Shown here piece after piece: positions 50,857 to 62,600 of a DNA stretch of 64,000 nucleotides. Both the position numbers and the translations under genes were made by a program. The notes beneath the pieces were generated by a model. The model searched no databases. It saw only the letters and a list, made by a program, of their open reading frames with translations, and was not told the origin of the DNA. Within the stretch, counting starts at the first letter, position 1. The number at the start of each line of letters is the position of its first letter. This DNA comes from Cyanophora paradoxa CCMP329 (taxonomy: Eukaryota > Plantae > Glaucophyta). The stretch lies in contig QPMI01000671.1 of assembly GCA_004431415.1 (NCBI GenBank), positions 111,172-175,171 on the forward strand, written 5' to 3'.

Positions 50857-52348
50857 ATGGCGCCGCGAACTTTCCAGCCCGGCCGCGCGGCGATCGTTGC
50901 GAGCTCGCCGAAGACCCACAGGCTGCTGGCCTTTGCGCAGCCGAGCCAGATGGCTGGTAAGCGATCGCGCGCACTGAACTGAGTTTTGCGCCGCTCTGAG
51001 CGGCGCCGCGGCGCAGCCCCGGATAAGCCCAACACACCTCCGGCCGAAGATGACGAGGCGACGGTTGCTATCGCCGCGCCGCCCATGGACTCCTTCCTCG
51101 GTGCGCGCCACCACGTCGGTCCAGCTCCGGCGCCGGCCCGTCCGCTGAATTCGATGCGCGACGCCGCGCAGAGAACATGATTGCTGGTTCTATGAGCCGC
51201 GGTGTGTCGCAGGCGATCCTCCACCCCATCGACGTTCTCCGCACCCGTTCTCAGGCCATCGGAGTCACCTCCAAGCTGCAGGCCCGCACCTTCCTCAAGG
51301 TGCGCAGCTCGGAAATCATTTCTATTTCATCCTTTTTTGGCCTTGAATCTCTCTTTTCAGGGCATCGCGCCGTGCCTGCTGCTCTCCGTGCCAGCCGGCG
51401 GGATGCAATTCGTCACGTACGAGTATATGAAGGAGAAGCTGACGGACCTGGCCCCGGAGAATCGCATGTTCGTCCAGCTCACCGCTGGCGCCAGCGGCGC
51501 GCTCGCCGCGTCGGTCGTCCGTGTGCCTCAGGAGATCCTCAAGCAGCGCGTCCAGGCCGACGTCTACCCCAACATGATCGCCACCATCCAGGGCATCCTC
51601 AGCACCGACGTGCGCCGCCCGGCCCGCCGCAGGGCCCGCGCCGCGGCTGCGGCCGACGCGCGCCGCGCAGGGCCCGCGGGGCTTCTACACGGGCTACCTG
51701 TCTACCGTGCTGCGCGACGTGCCGTTCAACGCGACGGCGTTCCTCTTCTTCGAGCAGTTCAAGGGCACCTTCGTGCGCACGAACAGCCGGGACCCCGAGA
51801 ACTGGGAGAACCTCGCCATGGGCGCCATGTCCGGCGGCCTCTCCGCCCTCATCTGGACCCCCATCGACGTCGTGTGCGCGCGCTTTTCGCCCTTTCCTCG
51901 CGCGCGCGGCGCGGCTGACGCTGGCGCAGGAAGACGCGGCTGATGACGCAGAAGCCGGGGCAGGCGCGCAAGTACAACGGGATTCTGGACACGTTCAAGA
52001 AGGTGGCGAACGAGGAGGGCCCGCAGGCGCTGATGAAGGGCGTCGTGCCGCGCCTCGTCTACCTCTCCCCCATGTCCGCCATCACCTTCTCCGTCTACGA
52101 GGCCATCAAGGCCCGCCCCGCCCCTCCCCGCCCCGGGCTCCCCTGGCGCCCCCCTGAGCTCCCGGGGCCGCGCGCAGGGCGCGATGCGGCACCAGAAGGC
52201 CGTCATCGGAAAGGACGACGTGGAAGACTCGCTCGAGTCGAATCGCGGCCGCAAGCCCAAGACCACCGCTTTCCAGGCGCCCTTGGCCGCCCCGAACCCC
52301 TTCGCCGCCAGGTCCCACAAGGCCCGCCGCCCGGCGCCCCGCCGCTAG
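50857..52348 (+). CDS. Mitochondrial carrier family (SLC25) protein, SAM-carrier-like
   Basis: Three PX(D/E)XX(K/R) signatures: HPIDVLRTRSQ, VPQEILKQRVQ, TPIDVV-KTRLM; GFYTGYLSTVLRDVPF; start exon tentative. Confidence 0.9.
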
Positions 52349-52905
52349 GCCTCCCGTTCCGCCTCTCGTCTCGTCGCCCCCTTTCTTTCGCATTCACCCA
52401 TATTTCCGTTCGATCGTCGTCGGTCGAGCGCTGCGGGCGGCCCCGGGCCCGCAGTCCCGCCCGGCGCTCTTCTACGTGTACCCAGTCCAGCGCCCGGCGT
52501 GCCGCTCTGAGTTTTGTTTTCCTAGGCTTGAGATTGCAGTTGAGATGCATTGCGAGGTCAGGTTCGGATCAGCATCCGGGATGTACTGGTTGTAACTTTC
52601 ATGTAACCTTATTTCGAGACCACTCCGCGCGAATAACATCTTTGCAAGCCAGCGAGGGCGCGACCTGCATGCGCATAACATCGATGCATCCGCGGTACTT
52701 GTGCTCGCAATCGTTGCAATTGATATCGATGCCATGATGCATGCACCCGCCGCGCCGGTGTGACCGCAGGCCAGCACACTGTGACATAGTAAGGAGGGCT
52801 GCATGCGCAGCTGGAGCCTCGGAGCGCCAGAATTCGCTTGCTAGCAGTTCGCTTTCTTCGAATTCTAATTGGAGTTTCGGCGCACATAGCCACGGGCCAA
52901 GTAGA

Positions 52906-54764
52906 TCACTTGGGGGGCCGCGCTGATCTCCAGGAGGCCCCCGGGGGGTCGCCCGCTGATACCGCCGGTGCACGTGCGGAGTTCAGGGGTCGGCCTCCCC
53001 CTGGCCCCGGGTCGGGTGTCGTCCTGGGGGTTTTGACGGGGCCTTGCGTCTCCCAGGGGGCGGGGGCCGAAGCCGGCTCCGCGCCCTCTGCCGCCCGCTT
53101 CTCGCCCCTGGCATCGCCCTCCCTGGCGCTGCGCGGGAGGCGTAAGGGCCACGGGGGCGGGTTCGAGCCCCCGCAGGGACGCAAGGCGAACCCTGCCGTT
53201 CCCGAGGCCGAGGCCGAGGCGGGGGAGGTGGGCGGCTGGGTGGATCCGCTGCCGGGCTCGAGGCCGGCGTACAGGGAGGGCCTCCCCGGGCCCGACCCGC
53301 CGGCGCCGGCCTGCGCCAACGGCTGCTTCCCCAGGAGGACCCGCGGGACCGGGCGCCCGCCCCCCGCGAGCGGCTGCGTCCGCGCCGCCCGCGCCGCCGA
53401 CGCGACCGCCGGCGCCGCGCGCGGCTGCGGCTTGGCGGCGGGGAGCACGGCGCTGCGGACGATGGCGGCGAAGGCGCCCGTGCCTCCCGCGATGGTGCTC
53501 GCCAGGAGCGGCAGCGCCTCGCCGGCCGCCCTGGCGCTCGGGTGCGCCCCGTCGCCCTCCCCGGCCCCCGCCGCCTCCTCTATCGCCTCCCCGACCTGGC
53601 CGGGGCGAGGCGGTGAGGCCGGAGGGGAGGGGCGGCGGGCGCAGCAGCGCCGCCGGACCTCGAAGAGCCTGACGGTGTTGCGCGCCTCGTCGAAGGCCAC
53701 CCGCCGCCCCGCCCGCTGAGGCCCCCGCTGAGGCCCAGCGCCGCGCGGCGCCTGCCGGGGGCCGCACCTTGGACTTGCCCGCCCGGCGCTCGCCCTCCGC
53801 CCGCCCGTCCTCCTCCTCCGCCGTCACCTTCCGGGCCCGCGCCGTCACGCCGCAGTCGGCAGGAGCAGCGGGGCGGGGCCGCGGGGCCGGGGCGGGGCGG
53901 GGGCGGGCCTTGCGGTTCATGCGGGTCGCGAAGTCGACAAAGGTGGCCTCCTCTGGCGATTCCGTCGAGGCCTCGATGAGCACCGAGAAGTCCCTGCAGC
54001 AAGGCCCCCGAGCTCGCCGTGCCGTCGCGGGGGGGCGGGGGGGGCCGGCCCCTTGCCCTCACCGGTGGACGCAGCCGCGGAGCACGTAGAGGCGGGAGGA
54101 AGCGCCCAGGCGCAGAGTCGTCCCCTCGTCCAGCAGCGTCGGCGTGTGCGCCTCGATCCGCACGCTGCGGCACCGCTCGGCCCGACCCGGGGCCCGCGCT
54201 CCGCGGGGCAACGCGGGGCGGCCCGGGGGGCCCGGGGGGCGCGCACTCGGCGACGAACGTCCCGTGCGTGCTGCCGAGGTCCAGGACCTGCACGGGGCGC
54301 GACGGCCGGGGGGGGGCCGCGCGAGATCAGGGCTGCATCGCGCGCATGGAGCTCCCATGGCGACGCGATCGCAAGCTCACGTAGACGTTCCCGTTTTTGT
54401 GGTGTACCACGGCTGCATGGAGCCGGCTAATTGAAGCGTGTTCCGCTGGGATGTGTATGTGATTTCCAGGCGCCGGGCGACCGATTACGTAGGCCTGCGC
54501 CCCGCATCGAGCATATCGCATGTGACGAGGCAAGTCGCCTACCGTCTTGTGAAGCGGTATTGTCTCAACGACCTGGTCGTTCTTCAGCACCTCGAGGCGC
54601 GTAGATTGAGGCGCATGTCCGACGCGAGGGTCGCCGGCCCTGAGTGGCGCGCATTCAGCTACCGGCGCTTCGTATCCGGCGCGCGGTGTGTTGTGCATGC
54701 GCATCGGTGCTACCCGTCGGGCGCCAGCAGCGGCGCACCAGCTCGGTAGGGTGAAGGTGGACAT
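52906..54764 (-). CDS. FHA-domain protein, NIPP1/kanadaptin-like N-terminus
   Basis: FTLPSW, RLEVLKNDQVVETIPL, YVIGR, HASISRLHAAVVHHKNGNVY-VLDLGSTHGTFV, LRLGASSRLYVL. Confidence 0.85.
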
Positions 54765-54925
54765 CGGCCTGCGCCGGCGCCGCGCTGGTCGGACCGGGCG
54801 CTTTGAGCCCAAAGCAGGAAGCTCGGCGCGTTGCAGTTCGGCCGTATTCGTATTTCTGCGCGCGGCGCTCGACCTCGCCGCTCGGCACGCTGCGCGCTGT
54901 CGTATTTCTTGTCGTTGTCTTTTCG

Positions 54926-57131
54926 TCACCTCAAGCCCTGGCCGCGTCGAGCTGAGGAAGCTGAGGGCCTCTCCCCGCCGACCTCGTTCGGGGAGATCAC
55001 GGAGGACGTGAACGTGCAGGCGGCGCTGCAGGCCGTGTACGGGGACGTGCGGCAGGTGGACGCCTGGGTCGGGGGCCTCGCCGAGGCCGCCGTGCCCCCC
55101 GCCTTCGTCGGGCCCATGTTCCGCAACTCCATCAAGGAGCAGGCCCGCCGCCCCCTCGCCCCCCGCCCCGCGCCCTCCCCTCCCTCCTCTTCCTCACGCC
55201 CCGCCAGTTCGTGCGCTTCCGGGACGGGGACCGCTTTTGGTACGAGAACTACCTGCCCGAGGCGCTGCGGGGGGAGCTCGCGCGCACCACCCTCGCCGAC
55301 GTCATCAAGCGCAACCTGTCCGCCCCCCCCTCCCCGGCCGCCTCCTCCGCCTCCTCCGCCTTGACGTACTCGGTGCGGAGCTCCGCCGGCCAGCTGCTCA
55401 GGTCCAGCGCGGCGCTCTTGAGCCCCCGGGGCCCGACCGGCTTCTTCTGCTCGCTGCCCGTCGCCCCCGCCGCAGGGGCCTCGCCGGCGGGGGCCGGGAA
55501 CGAGACCGGGGCGACGGGCGCCTCGGCGATGGCGGGGCCCGCCACCCGTGGCTCTCCTTCGGGGGAGCCCGCTGGGGGCGCCGCCTCGCCGCCCCCCACC
55601 ACCCCCGCCCCGGCAGACGCGGGGGGCGCCCCGCCGGGGAACGTGGCGGGGGCCGGCTGGTCCCCCGCCGGCCTCTCGCCCTCCTTTGCCTCCTCCCCCA
55701 CGCGTTGGGGAGGCGGGCGCCGACGCCAGCGGCGGCGTCCGGGGCGGCGGCGAGCGGCGCAGAGGCGCCCGACCCGGCATCGCGGGGCGCGGCGGGGCCT
55801 CGGCGGTGGGGGCGGGGGCCCCAGGGCCTCGTACTCGGGGTGCGCCGGGGGCGCGCTGGGGGCGGGCTGGGCGGGAGGAGGGGCCTCGTCGGGGGCGGCG
55901 CGGGCGGCGAGGCGGGCGATGCGGGCCTCCTGCTCGGAGGCGAGGGCGGCCTGGCGGGCGGCCCGCGCCTCGAGCTCCTCCACCCGCTCCGCCAGCCTCT
56001 TGTTCTCCAGCGTCAGCCGCAGCACCAGCGCGTCCTTCGTCCCGTACCCAGCCTGCCCCGCCCGCCCCCCCGCTCGAGGCGCCCGGCGGGAGGAGGGATG
56101 GAGGAGGCCGAGGCGGGTGGCACCTCGCGGTGCTTGTCGGGGCTCGGGGGCCCGTACCCGTTGAGGGCGGCGTCGTGGCCTGCCGGGGGCGTGGAGAGGG
56201 CGGCCGCGAGGCGGCGCTCGGCGTCGAGGAGCCTCCGCACGATGAGCGCCCGGTCCGCCTGCGCCTGCTCCAGCCTCGCCATCTGCGCCCCGGCCCGCGG
56301 CTCGGCGGCGGCTGCGGCGGCGGGGCGGCCTGGGGAGGAAGGCACCGCCTCGGCGGCGAGTGGGGCTCCGGCCTCGGCGTCGGCGGCGAGGCCCTCCCAG
56401 AGCTTCCGGTCGTGCTGGTGGAGCCCGCTCGCCGGCCGCGTCTTCGACTGGGGCGTCCCGGGGCCCCGCGTCCGCGCCCCGCCGGGGGTCGTCGAGGGCC
56501 GGATGAAGTAGCCGCCCTCGGGGGGCAGCACGGGGCCGGCATCGCCGTTCGCCATCGCCGAGTGCATCAGCAGCACCTCGAGGTCGGCGACGCGCATGCG
56601 CAGGGAGGCGATCTCGGCGTCCTTGCGGTGGGCAGACTCCTCGCCCAGCGCGAGCAGCTCCTGCTGCGCCATTGTCTCCCCGACCCGCGCCTCGGCCAGC
56701 TGCGCACGGCGCTCTGCCTCCGCGAGCTTTGCCTTCAGAGCGTCGAACTCCACCTCCAGCCGAGCTTGGACCACGGCGTCGGGGCCCGCGGCGGCAGTCT
56801 GCGCGTCGAGCTGCTTCGCCAGGAGCGCGCTCTCCAGTGCCCCGATCTTCTGCAGGCAGCCATCGCGGTCGTCCCTCAGCTTGCTCATCTCATTCAGGGC
56901 CTTCGAGAGTTGCTCGACGAGAGCCGCCCGTGCCGCGTTCGCCGCGCGCAGCTCCGCCTCGGCTGCGAAGCGATTGTAAGGGCAAGTCCTGCAAGAAAAT
57001 GCGACGGGTGACGGCCGCAACGCACCGCTTGCGAGCCTCGCTCGCAGCCCACCGTCCGCGCTGGCGGCGGAGGTCGCGGGCGGCGCGGGCGCTGGAAGTA
57101 CTTCAACGACGGCTTCTAAAATCGGTTCCAT
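54926..57131 (-). CDS. Hypothetical coiled-coil protein; 3' end interrupted by a peroxidase fragment
   Basis: Heptad-rich exons (LVEQLSKALNEMSKLRDDRD...; LRLTLENKRLAERVEELEAR); the C-terminal reading frame runs into the 371-bp duplication. Confidence 0.55.
54965..55335 (+). repeat. 371-bp near-identical duplicate of peroxidase gene segment 61952-62322 (two exon parts plus an intron)
   Basis: Base-by-base match from gggcctctccccgccgacc to aagcgcaacctgtccgcccc. Confidence 0.95.
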
Positions 57132-57912
57132 GTGCGTAGCTACGCCCGAGGCTGCTAAGCGCGCTGCCGCGGGCTGGTTGTGGCAACCTCTGGGGCGTGG
57201 CCGCCGTTGAAGTGTGGGGCGTGGCCGCCTACTCTACCGTGCGCTCTACTAGGCTAGCATGTACTACGGTGCGCTGCACGGGACAGCCGGTCTACTAGGT
57301 AGATCTAGATCTGCACCGCGGCCGCGCACCTAGGCCTAAATTTGCTGGGCGCGAGCACTCGAGCCCTTTTTTTTGCCGGGCTGAAGTTTCCGCGGACGGC
57401 GGGCATGCGCATTGCGCAGGCTGAGCGCTAGCGCTAGCCAGGCTCAACCTCGGAAGGCAGCACTGCCGAATGCGCAGCAGACGTACTCATGATCAGCGCA
57501 GCGCAGCGCAGCCGCCGGCGCAGCGCAGCGCAGCGCGGCGCCCGGCGGCCGTGCCGTGGCGAGCTCGCTCTGCAATATAATGCGATCGAGGACGCGATCG
57601 CGCGCGTTTGCCGCGCGCTGCATGCATGCGCGGAAATTGACAGATGCATATGCGCGTGCATGCGCAGTAAACGTTTAATATAGCCTAGTAGTAGATTAAT
57701 GTCAGGTTTTGCGCGAAGGCATTTAGGCATTTTGTGCGCAACTTAAGCTAGCTTGGCAACGAGCAGAAGGGGCCAGAGGGATTTAAGATGTTCAAGCGCA
57801 AAAGCAACGTGGAGCGTATGATTAACGTTAACGGCCAGAGACGGGAATGTACAGGGGGCCAGTGGGTGGTGGCCGGACAGGCGGGAAGCTACGGCGGCAC
57901 AACTATGGGGGG

Positions 57913-58648
57913 CTAGGGGAGATCGACGGGCTCATCCGCGGCCTCCTCCTGCACGTCGGCGGTGCAGACGACGTCCCCCGCCGCAATGGGCGCGCTCTCG
58001 ACGCCCTCGCTCGCCTCCGCGCTCGCGACGTAGCCGGCGGCGCTGTAGGAGATGAGGCCGTCGGCCCCGGGGCCGGCGCCGCGGACGGCGGCGTCGACGC
58101 CCTCCTCGTCGGGGACCAGCTCGGCGACCGGCTCGGCCTCGTACACGGCCGGCACGTCGGCGTCCAGCTCCTGGCGTGGCAGGTACCCCAGCATCTGCGC
58201 GCGCGCCGCGCCGTCGGACCGGGCGGCGGGCCCGGGCCCGGAGCGCAGGCACCGGCCCAGAGTAGCTGTCCGGCTCATCGGACTCGGGGACGTCGTGGGA
58301 CACGATCTGGGGCGACCGGGGCCGTCAGGGGCACCGCTTCGGGGGAAAGCGGTTCTTGGCAGGGCACACATCTCTGATCTGAGGGGAGATCAGAGTCAGG
58401 GGCGCGGGGCGGGGGCGGACGTCCGGATCCAAGGGGACCCACCTGAGGGGGGAGGTCCGGGGTCTCGCGCTGGTACATCTCCCAGGGGACGTGGTGGTGC
58501 CCGGCGTTGACGTGGTTGATGGCCACGATGAGTGGTTCGGCGGTCACGAAGGACATCTCATTGCCCGCGCCGTTCTCGTTCACGTACAGCTGCTGCTGGC
58601 CATTGCACGCGCAGTCCTCGAACTTCGGGATGAGCTTATCGGGGGTCC
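57913..58648 (-). CDS. Hypothetical acidic protein, 3' exons only (start not identified)
   Basis: Exons with GC-biased codons: TPDKLIPKFEDCACNGQQQLYVNENG...; IVSHDVPESDEPDSY; LGYLPRQELDADVPAVYE...DEPVDLP*. Confidence 0.45.
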
Positions 58649-59678
58649 TGCCGGCGGCGCGTCAGTGAGTCGTCGAAGGGCTCGTGCTGCTTCCCGATAA
58701 GCTGAGCCGAGGCGACTGCTCCGTTGAAGGCATTGGCGAGAGCCCCGAAAGCTAAGCTAGGAAACTAAGCCAGCCCTCCACAGCCAATTCCGAGGCGAAG
58801 AGAGTTCGAACAAATCGAGTCGACCCTAGCTAGGAAACTAGGCCAACCCCTCACACGCCAATTCTGAGGCGCCGCTTAAATGCTACTGCTGAGCCTAATC
58901 GGCGATGTCGAGATCCGCCCGTAACGCTCGAGCGAGATGCGCACATTCGACCGAAACGGCTATGCGGCTGGCAGCTGGTTGCAGATATTCGAAAGCACAA
59001 AATCCTACAGGCGAGTTCGTGACTCGATCGTTATCCCGCTTTTCCGGTAAAACGACGCTGACGTGCATCGAGGAGCAACTCGCGCGCTGGGCAACGGCCT
59101 AGCTTTTGAGGCTGAACCCAGGCCTCCTTACGCTATCTGCTTTGAGAGGAAGAGAAAGACGGTGTTGCGCACCCGTAAATCCGATGCGCTGCCCACCTCG
59201 CGTTGAACAAGTCGGCGCTGGTGATAGGACCAAAAGGGCTCGGGCTCGTCATGTTGACGAGAGCTCCGGGAAGAATCGTCTCAAGCTCTAGCTCAGCTAA
59301 AGAACAAGCTTGACGTCTGAGGCGCTCCTCAAACTGGGTACAAGTGTCAGTTCCAGAAAAAAACAGAAGGCTGCCTCGCGTTCTGCAGACGTAGCTAAAG
59401 CGCTAGCTGGACGGCTTTCGGGGCGCTGCTCGTAGCTGCCCTGCCTTTATCTTTTTCGATAGTAAAAAACCACTGTAACCACTGTTAAACCACACGACGT
59501 TGGGGTACAGCTGTCGCACTCGCCGAGTCGAGGTCCTCAAGGATCGGACGGCAACGCGGCGGACTCCCGACGGCGGTGAAGGTCGGAAGAAATTAGAGCT
59601 GACGTTGCAGCCCGCCTCTGCATTCAAGCTGCAGCGGCGACCAGCCAAGGTCGCAACGCGGCAGGCGAGCGCAGAACG

Positions 59679-62600
59679 ATGCTGAGGCCTGCTGTGCGGA
59701 GGCAGCTGTGCCTCCTGGCCCTGGCCCTCGCATTGCTGAACGCCCTAAGCCTCGCGTCCGCCGGCGCAACCTCGACGACGCCGCTCTCGGAGTACCGGCA
59801 GATAGACGGGACGCAAAACAACATTTTGGTGCGCTGTACGCGTTAGCTACACCGCCCTGCCGGCTGCCGGCTCGGGCTCGCGCGGCACGCGAGCGTTTCG
59901 AAATCGCCGGAGCTCGCCAACGCCCGCTGGACCCCGCCGTCCGGCCGCGATTGGGCGACGGCCGCCTCACGCGTTGTGTGCAGAACCCGAAGCGCGGCTC
60001 GACAGGCGACACTTTCTTCCGCCGCTTCCCCGCGTTCTACGCCGACGGCAAGGGCGAGATCCGGGCCGGCGTAAGCGCCCGCGTCATCTCGAATGAGGTA
60101 AAGACGAGCGCCGGAACGCTGCCCCGCCGCCCACGTCCGACGGCTCGGCCAGGTCTTCGGCAAGAACCACGCCCCGTTCAACAAGCAGGGCATCTCGGCT
60201 CTTATGGCAGCATGGGGTGCGCTCCCCACGCGCTCGCTCTGCCCCTTGTCCATCGGGCTTATGCTCGCCAGGCCAATTCGTCGCCCACGACGGTCCCCGC
60301 CCCGCCTCCCGTCCGCGCGCCCCGCCGCGCCGGCCGACGCGGGCGCCGCAGTGATCTTCACGGTCGGCAACGCCACCGAAGTCGTGACGATCCCGGTGCC
60401 GGCCTGCGACCCCGGCATGGACGTGCGCTCCCCCTCTCGCGGGCCCCGGCGGCCCCTCCAACGCGGACGGGGGCGGGGCAGCCCGGGTGCAAGAGCTGGA
60501 ACCTGACGATGACGCGGACGATCTGGGAGCCGTCCTCGGGGGGCAGCATCGACGAGCCCCGCATCCAGGTCAACCGCCAGACCTCCTACCTCGACGGTGC
60601 CCCCCGCCCCCCCGCCCCGCCCACCCGCCCCGCCCCCGCCGAGCCCGCCGACAGGCTCCGTGGTCTACGGCAACTCGGTGGAGCGCACGCGCCTCATCCG
60701 CACCTTCCGCGACGGTCCTCGCCGCCCCGCCGCCGCCCCCCGCGAGCCCCGTCGACGCGCCGGGGCCTCCGCTGCAGGGCTGCTGCTCTCGGACCCGACG
60801 AACGGGTGCCCCGTGAACCCGGACGGGGTGCACCAGGAGGGGCCCATCGACGCCCGCAAGCAGCGCATCACGGGGGACGCGCGCGGGAACATCAACCCGG
60901 GCCTCCTCTCGCTGCAGTGCCTCTTCGTGCTGGAGCACAATCGCTGGGCGAAGGAGCTGCTCGCCGCGAACCCGGGCTGGTCCGACGAGCGCCTCTTCCA
61001 GGAGGCCCGCGCCCGCGTCGTCGCCATCATCCAGGTGCCCCCGCCCCCTGCCCCTGACCGCCCTTCCTTCCCCCCCTCATCACCAGCCCCGCAGGTCATC
61101 ACCTACAACGAGTACCTGCCGAACCTCATCGGGGAGGGCCTCTCCCCCTACAAGGCGCGCCGCCCCGCGCCGGCGCGCCCCACCCCCGGGGGGGTCCGAG
61201 CGGGGGCCCCCGGCAGGGCTACAACCCCGAGATCGACCCCCGGACGGACCTCTTCTTCGCGATCGCGGCCTACCGGTGCCGCCGCCCTCCCCCCATCCCG
61301 TCTCCGCCCTCTGCGCGCACGCCCTCCGAGCGGGGCGCTCGGGGCGGGGCAGGTACGGGCACTCGGGGATCAACAGCGCGTACCTGCGGCTGAACCCGGA
61401 CGGGACGGCGCACCGCGCGGGGCCCCTCCTCCTCCGCGACGTCTACTTCCAGCCCGAGAAGCGCGCCCCGCCCCCGCCCCCCCCACCCACCCCACCCCCC
61501 TCCTGCCCCCCAACCCCCCACCTCACCCCCCACCCCCCCCCACCCCCCCACCCCCCCCCCCCCCACCCCCCCACCCCCCCCTCCCCCGCACCCGCACTGA
61601 CGCAGCCGGGGCCGGCAGGTACCTCGCCGACGGCGGCATCGGCGCCATCATCCGCGGCCTGGCGCGCCCTCCCGGGGCCCTCCCCCTGCGCCCCGCCCTC
61701 AACCCGCCTCCTCGCCCCCTCAGATCATGGAGCCGGAGAACGCCATCGACACGAACATGGTCACCGGTGCGCGGCCGGCGGCGGGGGCGCCCTGCCCCGC
61801 CTCCCCCCGCGCCGCGACCGACGCGCGGGCGGGGCCTGGGGGCAGACCTGCGGGACCACCTGGAGGGCCTGCGGAACGACCTGGCGGCGGTGGACGTGAT
61901 GCGGGGGCGGGACGTGGGCCTGCCGCCCTACTACGTCGCGCGGCGCCTGCTGGGCCTCTCCCCGCCGACCTCGTTCGGGGAGATCACGGAGGACGTGAAC
62001 GTGCAGGCGGCGCTGCAGGCCGTGTACGGGGACGTGCGGCAGGTGGACGCCTGGGTCGGGGGCCTCGCCGAGGCCGCCGTGCCCCCCGCCTTCGTCGGGC
62101 CCATGTTCCGCAACTCCATCAAGGAGCAGGCCCGCCGCCCCCTCGCCCCCCGCCCCGCGCCCTCCCCTCCCTCCTCTTCCTCACGCCCCGCCAGTTCGTG
62201 CGCTTCCGGGACGGGGACCGCTTTTGGTACGAGAACTACCTGCCCGAGGCGCTGCGGGGGGAGCTCGCGCGCACCACCCTCGCCGACGTCATCAAGCGCA
62301 ACCTGTCCGCCCCGCCCTCCCCCGCCCCCCGCATCCCGCCTGACGGGACCCTGCCCGCAGGCCCGACATGGGGGGCGTCCCATCGACGGTCTTCCGCGTC
62401 CCCAAGGGCGTCAACATCCTCACGGCCACCGCCGCCTCGGCCTCGGGCTCCTCCTCGTCCTCCTCGTCCTCGTCCACCGCCGCCGCCGCGTCGAACGCCA
62501 CGTCCTCCTCCTCCTCCTCCTCCTCCTCCACCACATCGTCCTCCTCGACGACGACGACGACGACGAACACGGCCGGCGTCTCCAACTCCTCCCTCTCCGT

